NCBI RefSeq assembly: GCF_000150275.1
Contig: NW_002060944.1
Span: 8,828,159-8,892,158 of the forward strand
DNA length: 64,000 bases
DNA from: Trichoplax adhaerens
Lineage: Eukaryota > Animalia > Placozoa
Direction of reading: 5' to 3'
A program made the translations under genes and the position numbers. The notes under the pieces are model-generated. The model was not told the DNA's origin, made no database searches, and saw only the letters and a program-made list of their open reading frames with translations. Of this stretch, positions 13,901 through 28,056 are shown in pieces; the first letter of the stretch is position 1; each line of letters begins with the position of its first letter.

Positions 13901-16900
13901 AGCCGAATTATACCCCAATTGTTGACATATATGTCTGCCAAATGATGATGAATAACTCGGACGACAAATCGTTCCCCAAGTACCATTATAAAACACTTGA
14001 ACGATTCCCTTGTATACACTTGTGCTAGCTAGCCGGAGATCTCCATCTTTTGCAGTAGTTCCTATATGCCAAACAAACTAAACTTATCTTGTGTACTGCT
14101 AAAGCGAATACGTATTCATAAAGGACGTGCGTATTCTTTATTAAATGAAGTAGCCTTTAAGTAACTTCCGATGAACTAATTACGATTATTAATTCTAGAA
14201 TTTCCAATCTGTACCTGAACAAGCTAAACTTAGATCTCGTTCATGAGTGCATCCACCCTGATTAGTTGTAGTTTTGTATGTACAATCCTTGATTGAATTT
14301 TCATTGCCAACACAATTCAGTTGATATAAATCGGCACTACTATTGGACATACCGAATACTGACGTCGGGAATGAATTTGCAAATAAGTAACCCATCTGTC
14401 TGCAAATAACTCGCATGTCGACTAATGAAGTGGTATTTATGCAAACTGTAGCCCAGCTATTATTAAGAAAAACTTCAACGCGTCCACTCATTGGTGATGT
14501 GCCATTGACTAATCGAACTGATCCCAGCGTTGGAACTACAAAATGAAAGCCGAAATAGATGCATAGAGGGATACCCATTAGATTGAGATAGCAAGTTATA
14601 ATAATTAGATAAAGCTTAATAATTTAAACAACAGAAAAAACTTACAATTTGCATTTTGACAGTTTTGTCCAGTAAATTGACCACTACAGGTGCAATAATA
14701 TCCGTAAAATCTATTAAAGCATGTGCCACCGTTGAGGCATGGATTAGATGAACATGGATTCTTGGCTGTAAATTTGATATGAGGGAAGTAATACATTATC
14801 TAACGCAGATTTAATTGATTTTGTTACAACTCAAAGATGGATTCGATATTACTTACTTGAACAGTAAACACCAGCATAGCTTGAAAAACATAGGGTATTT
14901 TTGGAAGGATCACTACCTAGACAATCATAGATGGAGAACTCATGACCTGTACATTTCATATTTCTCATTCCATTCGATGTTGGCGGTAAGCCAAAAGCAG
15001 TATCTTTGGTGGTGCTTAGTGCTCCTGCAAAACCAAACTGTTGACACACTACATGAGCGTCAAATATAGTAAAATCACTGGCGCAAATTGGTTTCCATAC
15101 GCCATTATACAAAAATTGTGGCCGTCCAACATTAATTTCATTTGGTTTGCCATCGATGATTACTAATGAGCCATTAGCAAATGGTCCTGAAACAATAAAT
15201 GAACTATCGTGAACTAAAATATCATTGTATACCTATAATTATGCTTTAAGATTTTACGTATTTTATGACTGCTACTATAAAACGATTAATTGAATAATGA
15301 AGTGTATTTCATACCAAGTTGACATCTTTTTCCTAAATATGAACTGTTGCACTTGCATGAAAAGGAGGTTTGACCAACTAGAGAGCATTCTTCATTATTT
15401 TCGCAAGAGTTAGGGTTACAAAAGTTTCTGTACTGACAGAGGTCGCCGTAAAAACCATTCGGGCAAAAACATTGAGTAATCGTTATGCTAACTCCGGAAA
15501 CCATGGTATGCTTAGGACCACAAGTTCCGTTGTTTAAACATGGATTTTGTTGACAGCTTACGTCTGCAAGATTTTATCATCTCCTTAGAACTCTCAAGAA
15601 TTTTATTGAGGTATGACAATTTGCAAGCAGATAGAACATTATTAAGAACACATTGAAGGCAAAGAATCCTAAACCTTTACCGTAATAGCTCATTTAACAT
15701 ATTTCTAAAGAAACTTTTGCTGTACTTACTAACGCACTCCACCCTGTATCTGTTATAGCAGCTATAAGTACCCGTTCCATAAACATAGGAGCAATCCGCA
15801 ATTGAAGTTTCGTTACCATTGCAAGTCATAGTATTAATCCAAATTTTTCTAGATGCTGAAGAACTATCGCAGCAGTAGAATTTCATAGAACCCGTTGCAT
15901 AGCCAAATTGCTTGCATGCAATTACTGCTATAGCTTCGCTGTTACCAGTTGAACAAATTGATCCCCAAATACCATTATGAAATATTTCTATAGCACCTTT
16001 AGCGATATTAACTTGGGATGGATCAGATACTTTATAATAATCGTAAATTCGGACTGTGCCTTCTGTAGGTAGGGTAGCTATAGCTATTATTAGAATAAAA
16101 TGACCATAATTAGTAGAAATGCATCAAGCCAATCTTAAGAAATAAATTTTGTGTTACTGCATTTATCGAGGCAGAAATGAATAAGGAAGAATCGAATGGC
16201 AAGCACATAGATTCAAGTAAACAAGAAAGATTAAAGTATACGTATGATGTAAATCTTGATATTTCACCGAAACATAATTTAATTTAAAGTAATTTCTACT
16301 GAATGCGTCTTAAAACTAAAAGTTGAAGGCGTTATGATTTATTTATAACTAGTCTTTTTCAGCAAACTTTATTTATCTTCTGTTAATTCTTATAGCCTTT
16401 CACAAACTTTGGAAATTACCATCGTTCGCCGTATATATCGCACTACAGACCACATCAATGTACTATAAGACCTAACGTTTTCACTTTATGAGCTTTCGGT
16501 TGAGATACAGTATAGACTATTCCAGAAAGTCATCAGTTACGGTATGCAATATAAAACTTAATTCTACGTCAACTGTAGATATTCAATGCAGATGTCAAGG
16601 TATTTGGGACATTCAAATACCTCACTATAATTTAATTATTCTCATTCGATGGTTTGATCCAAAATGGGATTGACAAGAAAGAACGGATACGAATTTAAAT
16701 AATAAATATCGCTAGTTTGCAATTGGCAGAACAAGTTTTACGAAAAAAACTGTAGGTCTGCAAGATATACTGAAACGTTATTATGAGATATAGAAGTAGA
16801 ACAGAATAAGAAATACGAATCAGCCATGCTGCACACTGCACAGTATGATTTCTTATGACAATCTATAATACGAATAGTTACCGATAGGAGTTTCGCAATT

Positions 16901-19900
16901 TTCGCCAGTATAGCCAGTTTGGCAAACGCATACCGTTGAGAAGTATCCATTTGATCGACAGATTTTATTTTGAGCTCTACAAGCTGCAACTTTGTCTGCA
17001 TTGCAGTTATCTGAAACTAAGTTTGATTGGATGCCAAAAAAATAAGTCAAGGAATTAGAATATTGACTACTAATTAAAAACGAACATTTCGTTTTGACTA
17101 CATGTGAAAGCACTACAACTCTAATTCAAAAGACACGGATTAATAATCTAGTAGGATACGCCAAAAGAGGTATTCTTTCGATAAACTAACTTTTCACTGA
17201 CTTTCAATAAGTAAATCAAAACAAGTATCGGTATTTGTCATCATCGGTGCCTGATAAATCGCTATGACAGGCTTTGATATGGAAAATTCGTTATTATTGC
17301 GTAGCTGAAGCCTAAAATAGAATCTCTTACGGCAAGCTTACCTCTACACCTAACAGAAACAGCATCTCTACTACCAGGAACACAGGAGGAAGAAACGACT
17401 CCAAAGCCTTCATTATTGCATAGTAGAATGGACAACTCATCACCAATGCATCGCATTTTACCTAAATTATAGTTTGTGCCTGTATTGAAGTTTCTGAAAC
17501 TCGAAGCACCCGAAAATCCCAACTGGTTGCATACAACATCAGCTTCATTCGATCTGAACGAGGAAAATGAGGAGCCACAGATTTCCCCCCAAGTACCATT
17601 AAAGTAAACTTGAACCAGACCTTCATTGTCCGATACTTTATTTGTTAAACGTAAGTCTCCATCCTGTTGAGGTCCTAAAAATTCATTGATAATGTCGGCT
17701 TAAATTAATTTGTAATACTTTGTACGTTTAGTACAGTAATGGGTAATCCTGCCATAAGGATAGCAGAAACATTTTCCATGTGTAGGGCATAAGCGTTATC
17801 AAAAACAGTTACAACACACTAAAATTGTGTTGATATCGATATTAAACCACTGCAAGCCAGAAATGTGAAATAATTCCAACTTACTTATTTGACAGCGATT
17901 GCCTTGATACGGATACGCACACTGACACGTAAAATTAATTCCATTAGGTTGGCATATCCCTCCATTCATACATGGACTGTTACCGCAAGGTAAATCTATT
18001 TAGTCATTTGAATGAAAATGCCATTAAGGTTAGTTTCAAGAACTTTTATAAGCATGCTTGAAATTCCACTTTTAGCAGTCATAGAAATGGATAATAACTG
18101 GATAAGAGAAGGCTATGGATATATTACGATAACATAAAAAGAGTGCAAGCCTATCTAATAATATTGCATGGATGTTGCAAGTATTTCAGGTCATTGAAAA
18201 GCAGTACATATTTCGAGTAGTGCTTACATGTCGTGCAGTTTTGATCAGTGTAGTTATTATCGCAGGTGCAAGAATAGCTTAAACCATCAGGGCTACTGTT
18301 ACAGGTACCATTATTCATGCAAGGATTGTCCGAGCAGGTAACCTCTAGAGTAAAACATGTTTACACGTTAGTAAAACAAATTTTACAGTACCACCAATGG
18401 ATCATTATCGAAGGGCTACAAAGTGCCACTAAACAAGTTTCATTTGCAATGACTTTAAAATATCTCGATTACCTGATTGACAAATACTGCCAGTATAAGG
18501 ATACATGCAATTACAAGAATAAGATGTTCCTGCATATTTGTTGATACATACGCCACCATTTGTGCAAGGATTGGAAGAACATGCAATGACTAATTATAAT
18601 TACGCAATAATACGCAAGTTAGGAGATGCATGTAAATTTCGTTAAAGATATTAACTAAGTGGCTAAAAACTATTCTTTATTTTTATAAAATAATACGGTA
18701 ATTAATTGTCTATCATTAGAACCTACAACGGTATAAACTGCTGAAAGAGTTAACGTTGCTCAATGCCCAGTAATAGGGAACACACAACAACATTGAAACT
18801 TACCGACTTCACATCTTGCACCAATGTAAGGATATGGACAGGTGCAATTGTAAGAATTACCATTGTATAAACTTGAGCATGTTCCACCATTTAGACAGGG
18901 ATTGGGGTTTGAACATGGATCACTCTCTATAGAACAGAAAAGATGATAATTTAGATAATATAACCTTCAAAAAATTCAAAAGTTGAAATCCTTTCCGAGC
19001 ACCTAGCGATATGTACTAAATCGCTCCGTATAGCTATTAAAGCTACCAGAAGCAGCGAAGGTACTACAGTGCCAACTACGCTTACTAGATAAAACGCTAC
19101 TTGAGAACAGAAATTGTATTCAAAAATCAAAGGTAAACGGTAGAGTTGTTCTACCGCAACCAAAAATGGACTAAATGCTGTCGATCCAGTCAAATTCGTT
19201 AATACGACTGCTAGAATACAGCCCAAATCACAGTTGATAATTAAAATGAAGTCTTTATACATCTTTGAGTTATTTTACAGTGTTTACGAGTTAAAAGATG
19301 GTCAATTTCTCAGGACTTTAGTGATTATAATATACAGCTAACGACGATGATAATAAATAAAATGGCATACTTGTTTGATTGCAGGTTCTACCAGACATTC
19401 CTGACGGACAGGAACAAGTATAGGTGGAATAGGAGTAGTAGTTAAAGCAGGTACCGCTTGCACATACGTTGCTACTACATGTTCCTTGACACGTTTGGCC
19501 TATTAAAGGAATTTAGTTATTATAACGTTCGAAACATCTTTTACAGTAGCGATCAATTTTGATTGGAGAATAAATAGCATCTTTGCTTACTTGGTATATT
19601 GGCAGTAGCATTATAACATTCTTGATTGACAACACCAATGGGGCAGTAGCACAAGTAGCTTGCCACTCCGGATACTGTAATAGGAACACAGTTACCAACT
19701 TGGCAAGGATTACTGCTACAAGGGCTGGTTGTACCGTTGTTGTCTAAATAGAGAAGTTGATGTTATAAGTTTTCGAAAATGGTTTGCAAACTTTAAAACA
19801 ATAAGTTCAGCACTGTTTACTTGTTCATACTTTCGTGTGGTGCACAGAAACGCATGCAGTGATATATAACTCGAAGCAAGACTCAGTCATCTGATAAACT

Positions 19901-20666
19901 TTTATCTACATGTAGAATCTTTCATGATGTTAGACTGCTGTGAAAAAGAGAAATTGGCAGCATGTCTAGGTTAATGATGTTTAGTAAAGTATACCCTGCA
20001 TTCTATTGGAACAGCTCAGCGAATAGTATCTCTGTGCAAGTGAATTACAAATTACTTAAAATTCTAAACTATTGGGAGGAAATTATCATGGTATATAAGA
20101 TTTTAACTGGGTAAGCCAGAAGCAAATATAAGCCTCCTCATACTATAGAATATCTCTAACATCTTAAGATGAATAACTAATCTGCATAGAAAAAATGAAC
20201 TGAATTCTAGCTGTCACGTATTATAATGAATATTAAGATATACTTGATAATCATTGCGGTGAATTGCGTGATTCCTTAGTAACATCGAGTACACTAAACT
20301 AGCCAGATTTTCAGCTCGTTTTAAATTGTCCAGTAAGCTTACAAATCTTTATTGTACTTAACGCAATTATGCTCGCAATGCTAAGGAAAGAACTACCAGA
20401 GCAAATAGTGTAAGCTATCGAAGGGCAAATACTCGTTGAGGTTTAATTTCTTTAATGAATGAATAAATTAAATTTAAACGACCATATTGATTGAAATAAT
20501 TCAAGTAACTGCATCAACTTTAGTATTCAATTTAAGGAAGTAAAGTTACCTATTTGACAGTTATCGCCGGAAAAGCCTTGATAGCAGATACACACAGATT
20601 CTCCTCGTACTAGGGTACATCTTCCTTGATAGCAGGCGATACCGCTACAATTTTGCATAGGACTTA
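134..20666 (-). CDS. Multi-exon mosaic EGF/SRCR/Ig extracellular protein or receptor (about 27 EGF, 13 SRCR, at least 5 Ig); 5' end unresolved, 3' end beyond the window start
   Basis: Chain of GT-AG exons, mostly phase 1-1. EGF exons at 20550-20666 ([32 protein letters not shown]), ~19590, ~19370, ~18803, ~18472, ~18228, ~17884. SRCR exons (VRL..G...GRVEV....WGTVC...A.VVCRQLG...C.G.E..L..C) at ~17342, 15730, 14856, 14214, 13728, 12773, 11658, 10941, 10080, 8398+8856 (split), two in 7276-8040, and 6127. Ig exons (LTC......WTKN....L.I..L...DNG.YKC) at ~4609, 3664, 2131, 1117 and 134-439. No convincing signal-peptide exon found. Confidence 0.9.
5800..6031 (-). other. Two-exon linker cassette (5983-6031 and 5800-5903) with an in-frame TAA at 5873-5875
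   Basis: Both exons have canonical AG/GT ends and phases 1-2 then 2-1. Translation: [50 protein letters not shown], joining in frame to the EGF exon at ~5062-5191. Confidence 0.55.
11514..11564. repeat. Short intronic direct repeat (22 bp x2)
   Basis: ctttccgtaactgacattattt at 11514-11535 and 11543-11564. Confidence 0.85.
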
Positions 20667-23600
20667 CTATAGTAACAAAATATGAATAGATAATGTTATA
20701 CATAAATTTAGATGAGTATACGGTAGAATATGTGGTACAGTACCATTAATCCATTTTTTAAATAAATCAATAGATCTGTCATTGATAATAATTTCTTTAT
20801 TCGCATGCGATAAAAAATGATACCAACTTTATTACTACACTAGGCATGCAGACTATCAACAATAAAATGTTGATATCATTACGTCTTCATTACATAACAC
20901 TTTAGCTCCCCGTCTGTTCGTTATGATTTTAAATGTTGTCATTGGTAAAACATAATTGCTAAGTCTTGATTAACATGCTTATTCTAACCATTCACTAGAC
21001 AAATATGTTATCATGCCAATTATATGTCTCTAATATTCAAAGTACGCTACTGATATCGTTACTTATTGATTCATGATTACTTTTTAATATCTACATCCAC
21101 AGATGTATATCTAAATTAGATTTAGTATTATAGACTCTAATGGTTTATGATAAGATATCACATTGGGTACGTTATGGCTTTCGATTTAAAGGAGTCAAAT
21201 GTGCATCGTTTTTACAATAACAAACACTTATATGCATATATCTTATACTATATTTTGCAATTACGCTTGCGATAAAGTGTCATCAAAATAAAAAAATACG
21301 TACTACAGTTTCTTGTTAACTTTTACTGTAATACATAATTTAGGTTCGTCTTGCAACTATCAATATCTAAGAGCTGGTATGTTCAGTGTGATCTCACAGT
21401 TTGCTCTAATTCATTCTTATTAAGCGTTTTGCTATAAGGTCTTTCTCGAATCCGTATAGGATAGAACTCTCCTAAAGCTGTTGCCTATATAAGAACGCTT
21501 ATGTCCACATCAACTATTAACGGTAGTGTATTCATCTAAATACGGCATATCTACTCTTAGTAAACGTTAATTTCAACTAGACTGTAGCATAACTCTTTAT
21601 TAATGTAATCTATATTTAACAAATTGACACTATGGAAGTTTAATTATACTTTAGTTTAACTGTATCATAGAACTGCCCAATCTTCTTGCATCTATCTCGT
21701 TAGTCAGTTCTGTTAGTACAAGACAAGCTTACACGCTTTACCTATTGTACTTTACTATAGCCATTCGACTAGTCATGTCGTATTCATGCTATAACCTCAC
21801 GCGGTTATCCTTTTCACACCAGCCCAATAAAGACTATTATTTCGCCAGTCATTCTGTTGTAATTTATTGCAAATATAACAGACCTATTTTCAAAACATCA
21901 CACCGCCTTATAGTAATCATTCTCTAACCCTCTCATCGGATGCTTAAGTAATAAAATATTTCCTTCCCTAATCACAGACTGCCGTTACGTTAGGATTTAC
22001 TACTAGAATTATACCGCCTTCTAACTGATTAGCCGTGATCAATTATTTCCATTTTGATAATTTAGAACAGTGACTCCTATAGAATTACTAAAGACTATCC
22101 CTGAATATCCATTATGCAATAGTGACCCATGGTAACAATGTAGTTAATGTAGTACCTAGCTTTCTTTTGCAAGATCTAAAATATGCGGTATAATTTTCTA
22201 GATTACTTGCTGTTACGATGCGTAAGCTCGTCCTAATTATTGAGTAATATTAAATATTGCTTGTGTAGATTGACGTTTTATTAATTGTCATTTCTTCATA
22301 TAATTTTGAAGATTCCTTTTTAGTTCGTTAGTCGGTTAGATAGTCAACTAGTTTTCAATTGATATTTAATTGTGAAGACTATAATCTTGGGTGCCAAGAT
22401 TCCTTCAGTAATAAATGATAGTAAATCTCTGACTATCTCGTCTACATCATCTGTGACGCTATAATTATACCATAGTATTCGGTTGTTGGAACTGAATTAT
22501 TTGGTGATATAGCTAATCTCGCCTCTTTAAGTTAGTAAGTGGCGTTCTCCGCAAGGATTGGCGTGTGTAGACTACTTTGTCACTAGTGGTGTGTGACACT
22601 TGCGCAAAAATCTTGATTTAAGATGCAGAAAGGAGTGCATGACACTACACCATAATTAACCGATTAAACTTAGAATACAAGTATGTTGCTGTTTTATATA
22701 GGCTAGATAAAATTTGGGCATCAAATTTCCTGATTTGACAGCTTGTGATAGAATGATCAAGATTATCGACTTGCAATTTGTTACTGCAACGATAGAATCA
22801 CGTGATAGAGCAGAAAGATTACTGTGTGACCTTAGTTCATATTGATAACAATTGGAGACTGTTACGAAGAGTTAAAGGGGTGCGAAGCATTTTAATGACT
22901 TATGAGTATGAAATATATTGATAACGAAGCTATCCCATCTAATATTAAATCATTATATAAGAGGCTACAGAGTTAGATGATCCTGTGTTGAAATGTAGAT
23001 GGTTGAAATTGTGAAAATACAAAATATTATCGTTATATGGTCGATATTGATATTCAAGGTCGTCATGAACGAAATCTATAATCGATATGAAGTTAAAATT
23101 GACCTCCAAATATTTTTGCTGGCGGTCAATTGAGTCAGCATAAATAAATTTACGTAAATATATGTGACAATATGCACACAACAAATAATACTTTGCTTTT
23201 GGAAGTAGAGAAAGCTGTATGATATCACCTCTATCGCTACGAAACTTACTTTTGGATATGGCGCCATCCGTTTTATTTGCTGCACAGCTGATAGCAAACG
23301 ATAGCAACTGTTGAATAAACAGGTAATATAATTACTATGAGCAAAGAGTATGTTTTTCTATGAATCTTTGAAAACTACAAGAAAATAGTTTCCGGCCATC
23401 AATAGTAAATTTTATGCAACTACAATAAATTTAGGCCACCTACTTTTCTAGATACCTAAAGATTGATATAACAAGTATTTTATAAGACTTCAAGCTCTAT
23501 GTCCTTCAAATATCTTTAGCTACCAGACAATCGATAAGACTCTGCGAAGCCGCTAGAGTTATGTAGTAGTATCAATCATAAGAAATCGAGATATTTTTTG

Positions 23601-25294
23601 GAGCGTGATAGAGTACTGTGTAACTAAGAAAGAAAATAGGCTATGTAGCTATCTACTGTTACTGGGACAAATAATAAAAAATTATCTCCACGATGTCTTT
23701 CTAACGAGCTAGAACTGCTTAAAAATAAAAATTCCTTTCTCAGCAGGAGATATTCAATATTGTAACATACTTATTCGAAGTTATAGTTCGTTCTAATACA
23801 ATCGAGATGGATGTGATCCTTCCGGAAAGAATGTCTGAACGTCAATGCGGATTAAAACTATCTTAATTTTATAAGTTTGATTTTTAAAATTAATTGTAAT
23901 CATTTCCTTCGCAAAGAATGTTTAATTATTCGAAACACAGCCGCAGGAAGTAAAAGGAGTGACCTCTAACAAATTTAGCTATCGTCTTTTCACAATACTG
24001 TAATTTACTCAACAATGTAGGTCTCTTAAGATTTTCAATTTCAATAATTGTAGTGCTGAAGTACAGATAGTCTGTTGAGAACTTAGGCAAATAAACGGAG
24101 GATATAGTATAGATTACGGTTGATCTTGAATCAAGTAACCTACTAGCTGATAAACTACAAAAATATAAGACAGCCTTGAAACTCGCAAAATCACTACATA
24201 ATCGCACTACTGAGTTAAGAAAGTTATGCTAAGTAATACAGAAGGAATAAGCTTATAAAATATGAGCATATTAAAATCACCACATTTTACTTACCATAAG
24301 AAATAGAACTTTAGCTACGAGCCACATCCTGGAATAGTGTACTTTGCCGTCAGTTCTTTAAAGTACGATTAAAGGCTTTCGTTATTATTCTATAAATCTT
24401 ATGGCGAAATATTGCAGAGTTTTAATTGGTAAATTTAGATAGTCTTACTGAATAACTGTTACGCTGAACATATTTGTCTCAGTAAGTCTATAAGAATTAG
24501 TCTACAATCTTTTATTGTTGCATCCCTATTTAATGTGAATATATTGGGAAAATTCTATATTCATGAGAAAAAGTATACAAACATGAATTAATAATACTTT
24601 GGAAAACATTTTCTTATACTGTAAAACGTGAGCTCATTCATTGTATTGATACTTCTTAATTTCTTATTTGCATCTCATTAATATTGTTAGATAGGTATGG
24701 GCGTTGCGATCGTTTTTGTTTAGGAACAAACATGTTTATCCAGTGATAGAGAGTTTCCGATATTAAACTGGGATTCAATTTTGGGTAACTTATTTATAAA
24801 CTTAGTAATAAGCACAGAATGCGATATGTCAGGCTGAAAAGACACAAAACAGCAATCAATTACCCACCTAAAGAGGTTCAACTAGCATAGTATATATTGA
24901 GATTATACTAAGGATATTTTAATTGCTAATGCTTTATATGGGAATATTTCCGTAAATTTCGGTACTTCCTTGTACTAATATTGAGGCTGTAATAAAAGTG
25001 TCTCACAATAACTGTCTTAGTCAAATGGTATTTTCCAAAAGGCTTTTATTACAAGGTTTTTAAGAATAGTAGAGCAATAATAAATGACTATAACAATCCA
25101 GTCTAAAATCTAAAGTATTCTGAGCTCAAAGCGAAGTAAATTCTCTTCTCTCTATGAGAGCTTATCTCCGCAGTTCTTAAAATACATTTCACTAAATCCA
25201 TTTATGACAAATTAACTAATCTACAATCAGACTCGAGTCCTCAAATAGAATACTTTTTCTCAAATAGGACATCATTATCTTTTGCCGTCTGAAC

Positions 25295-25344
25295 NNNNNN
25301 NNNNNNNNNNNNNNNNNNNNNNNNNNNNNNNNNNNNNNNNNNNN
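25295..25344. other. Assembly gap (50 N)
   Basis: Run of n characters. Confidence 1.
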
Positions 25345-27271
25345 CCATATATTTTATATCGTGATTAGTCCATTGGCTAATATTAGTCATCAACAATTTC
25401 TAATATAGTAGTTATCAATCATCCAATATCAGCGCCAAGATAATATCTATTCTTAGTAACCTAAGTATATCAAATATAGCTATTGACGCAATCAAATATA
25501 GAACTGCAGAATTAGTTAGCATAACTTGAAGAAATGCTACCATACCATACTGTTTCAAATTTTAAATAGCAGCCCTAATATGACAATATCTGATGGATGA
25601 AATCAAGACACTATAAGTTAGCAACAGTTTATAAAAATCAATATATATATACTACAGAGAATTGCTGCAAGGGTGTGTAATAAGCTGTAAAAGTCTTTGC
25701 AAGCATGATGTGTGATGGTTAAGCATGTAAAACGAGAAATGTACAGAATATGAATTACGTATAGAATAGACAGACTAGAAAAATTATTTTATTCAAACTG
25801 TAATTCAATATTGTACGAAATTTTTTATTCAATGAGCTCCCAAATTTGCTACGTACGACTATTCTTGGATTCCAGTTTACAGAATTACCGTTCTATCAAG
25901 TAAAGTTGCACTATGATTTATTGTCATTTACAAGGTCTTGTTGACAGGTTGTTCGAGGCAATATGGTATTTATTAAGTATTCATGTAATGAAATGATTGC
26001 TCCGTCATAAACAAATACCGAAATTGACAGCAAAACATAATTTTATGGCTTATCGAGATTGGCCGGAGTAATCAAGCGAACATTTTACCTAGGTATTAAA
26101 TGCTTATAAAAATCGTTTATTAAAGTTACGACTTGCCTATAGAAAACATTATAGTGCACTGGCTAACAATACTATAGAACCAAGACTTTAATACGATTAA
26201 TATGATTTGATAATACAGTAAGCAAATTTGTTAGTTTAGGTAACAAGAAAAAATCTACTTTATTTCTAATTGCGATGCTTTCTTGATAAAAGATTTAATA
26301 AATTCTCTAAATTTTAGAGCAAAATTAAATTAGATAATAAATACTTGTTGACACTACATTTATTCAGACAAACTTCAGTAAGCTAAATAACTAAGCTCTT
26401 GCAAGACGTATCGCAGCGAATGATTTCTAAAATGCAATCTGAAATTTTCAATCATGTGTGATAGGTTATCTTAAGCTAGCCAATTTAATTCAATACTATT
26501 GCATGCATAATTCCAACATTGAGTTATACAGTAGCTTTCGAAAGTCTACTATTAACTCCTATTCAAAGAGCGGGTACTAATAGTATTAAGCTTGTTATAA
26601 AAGAAAGAACTTCATAGTCAGCTAGTAGAATGTAAGAGCTAGCTTTAGTTACATAGATTTTCTTCAATTGGTTATAGGCACCTTACTTTATATTGTCTAC
26701 AATACTCTAGCATTTTAAGTTAAAAACCTTGCGAAAATATTTTTGTGTAGTTAGACGTTCGACCTCCAAACCATAAAATCATTCGATTATTAGTGGATGA
26801 AAAATTTTGTAGTATTGACTATTATATTGGGAATTCACTTTATAGATCTACTAATAAAGAAAGTGAATGATCTTAACATCTATTTTACAGGTTAAAAATT
26901 GATCACGTTTCATAACTTCGAGCTAATTCTGAGTATGATTACAAGTATTAGATGTCAGAGCTATTATTGTTTAGCACCTTGTATTGATGTTGTGGTACTC
27001 AATTTTATTAAACTATTATATGTCACTATGACTGTATTGCCTTTGCACCTCGTATTTTCTAGGCGATATTAGCCTCCTATGAAATTTTGCAAATGAGCAG
27101 TCCTTTAACAATTATTTTACATGCAGTGATACAACTAGAACCACTGTCAGTACTGTCCTGTACTATACTGTATTACTGTCTATAGTTAATACTAACAACC
27201 TTATTGAGGGTTCGTACTACTCTCCATTAGCATCGAAACAAGAAATTGAACATATAGCTGATGTTGACGTG

Positions 27272-27846
27272 AAACTAACTACTAACTCCTACTTTGTCTT
27301 TTTTGTATTGAAAAACTAACTACTAACTCCTACTTTGCTTTTTTTGTATTGAAAAACTAACTACTAACTCCTACGTTGTCTTTATTGCATTGAAAAACTA
27401 ACTACTACTCCCACTCTATCTTTATTGGATTGATAAACTAACTATTAACCCCTAATCTCTCTGTATTGGATAGAAAAACTAACTACTAACTCCTACTCTC
27501 TCTATATTGGATTGAAAAAACTAACTACTAATCCTACTTTGTCTTTATTGGATTGAAAAACTAAATACTAACTCCTAACATTTCTTTATTGGATTGAAAA
27601 CTAACTACTAACTCCTAGTATTTCTTTATTGGATTGAAAAACTAACTACTAACTCCTACTCTGTCTTTATTGGATTGAAAACTAACTACTAACTCCTAGT
27701 CTGTCTTTATTTTATTGAAAAACTAAAAGCTAACTCCTAGTATTTCTTTATTGGATTGAAATACTAACTTCTAACTCCTACTATTGTATAATATAATATA
27801 ATCTATACTAACTACTAACTCCTACTATTTCTTTATTGGATTGAAA
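27272..27846. repeat. Minisatellite, ~41-bp unit, ~14 copies
   Basis: Consensus about aaaactaactactaactcctactttgtctttattggattga; ctaac recurs at 27275, 27316, 27357 and onward; one copy is interrupted near 27785-27806. Confidence 0.97.
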
Positions 27847-27855
27847 GCCGGCTGC

Positions 27856-27930
27856 TTACAGTATATACTGTACAAGGCAATGTTACAGTACATATTATGC
27901 TGTACTGTACACATTGTACTGTACTGTACT
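27856..27930. repeat. (TACAG/CTGTA)n low-complexity quasi-palindromic tract upstream of Artemis
   Basis: tacagtatatactgtac...tgtactgtacacattgtactgtactgtact; a similar tract lies at ~27142-27180. Confidence 0.75.
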
Positions 27931-28056
27931 TGAATTAAAATGTTTATATAAGCGACATCATGATAACAAGTTCAAACGTGTACTATCAAAGTTGATTGCA
28001 ACTCAAAATAGACCGGGAAAATCTTCAAAGTCGGAATATTTTCTCTTTAGAAGGAA

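Noticed and set aside
18951-19262. 103-aa hydrophobic minus-strand ORF
   Set aside because: Lies within an intron of the mosaic gene with no recognisable domain or compatible splice sites; likely chance.
20740-20890. Candidate signal-peptide exon for the left mosaic gene
   Set aside because: The hydrophobic stretch (INILLLIVCMPSVVIKL) has no suitable upstream in-frame ATG, and the candidate donors are phase 0 whereas the next exon needs phase 1.
21400-24210. ORFs 21745-21927, 22945-23307, 23076-23297 and 23926-24207 as a degenerate gene (faint TPR-like look)
   Set aside because: No convincing motif, periodicity or consistent splice structure; cannot be supported without a homology search.
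27272-27846. CRISPR-like array
   Set aside because: Units are head-to-tail with no unique spacers, the context is eukaryotic, and there are no cas genes; it is a minisatellite.
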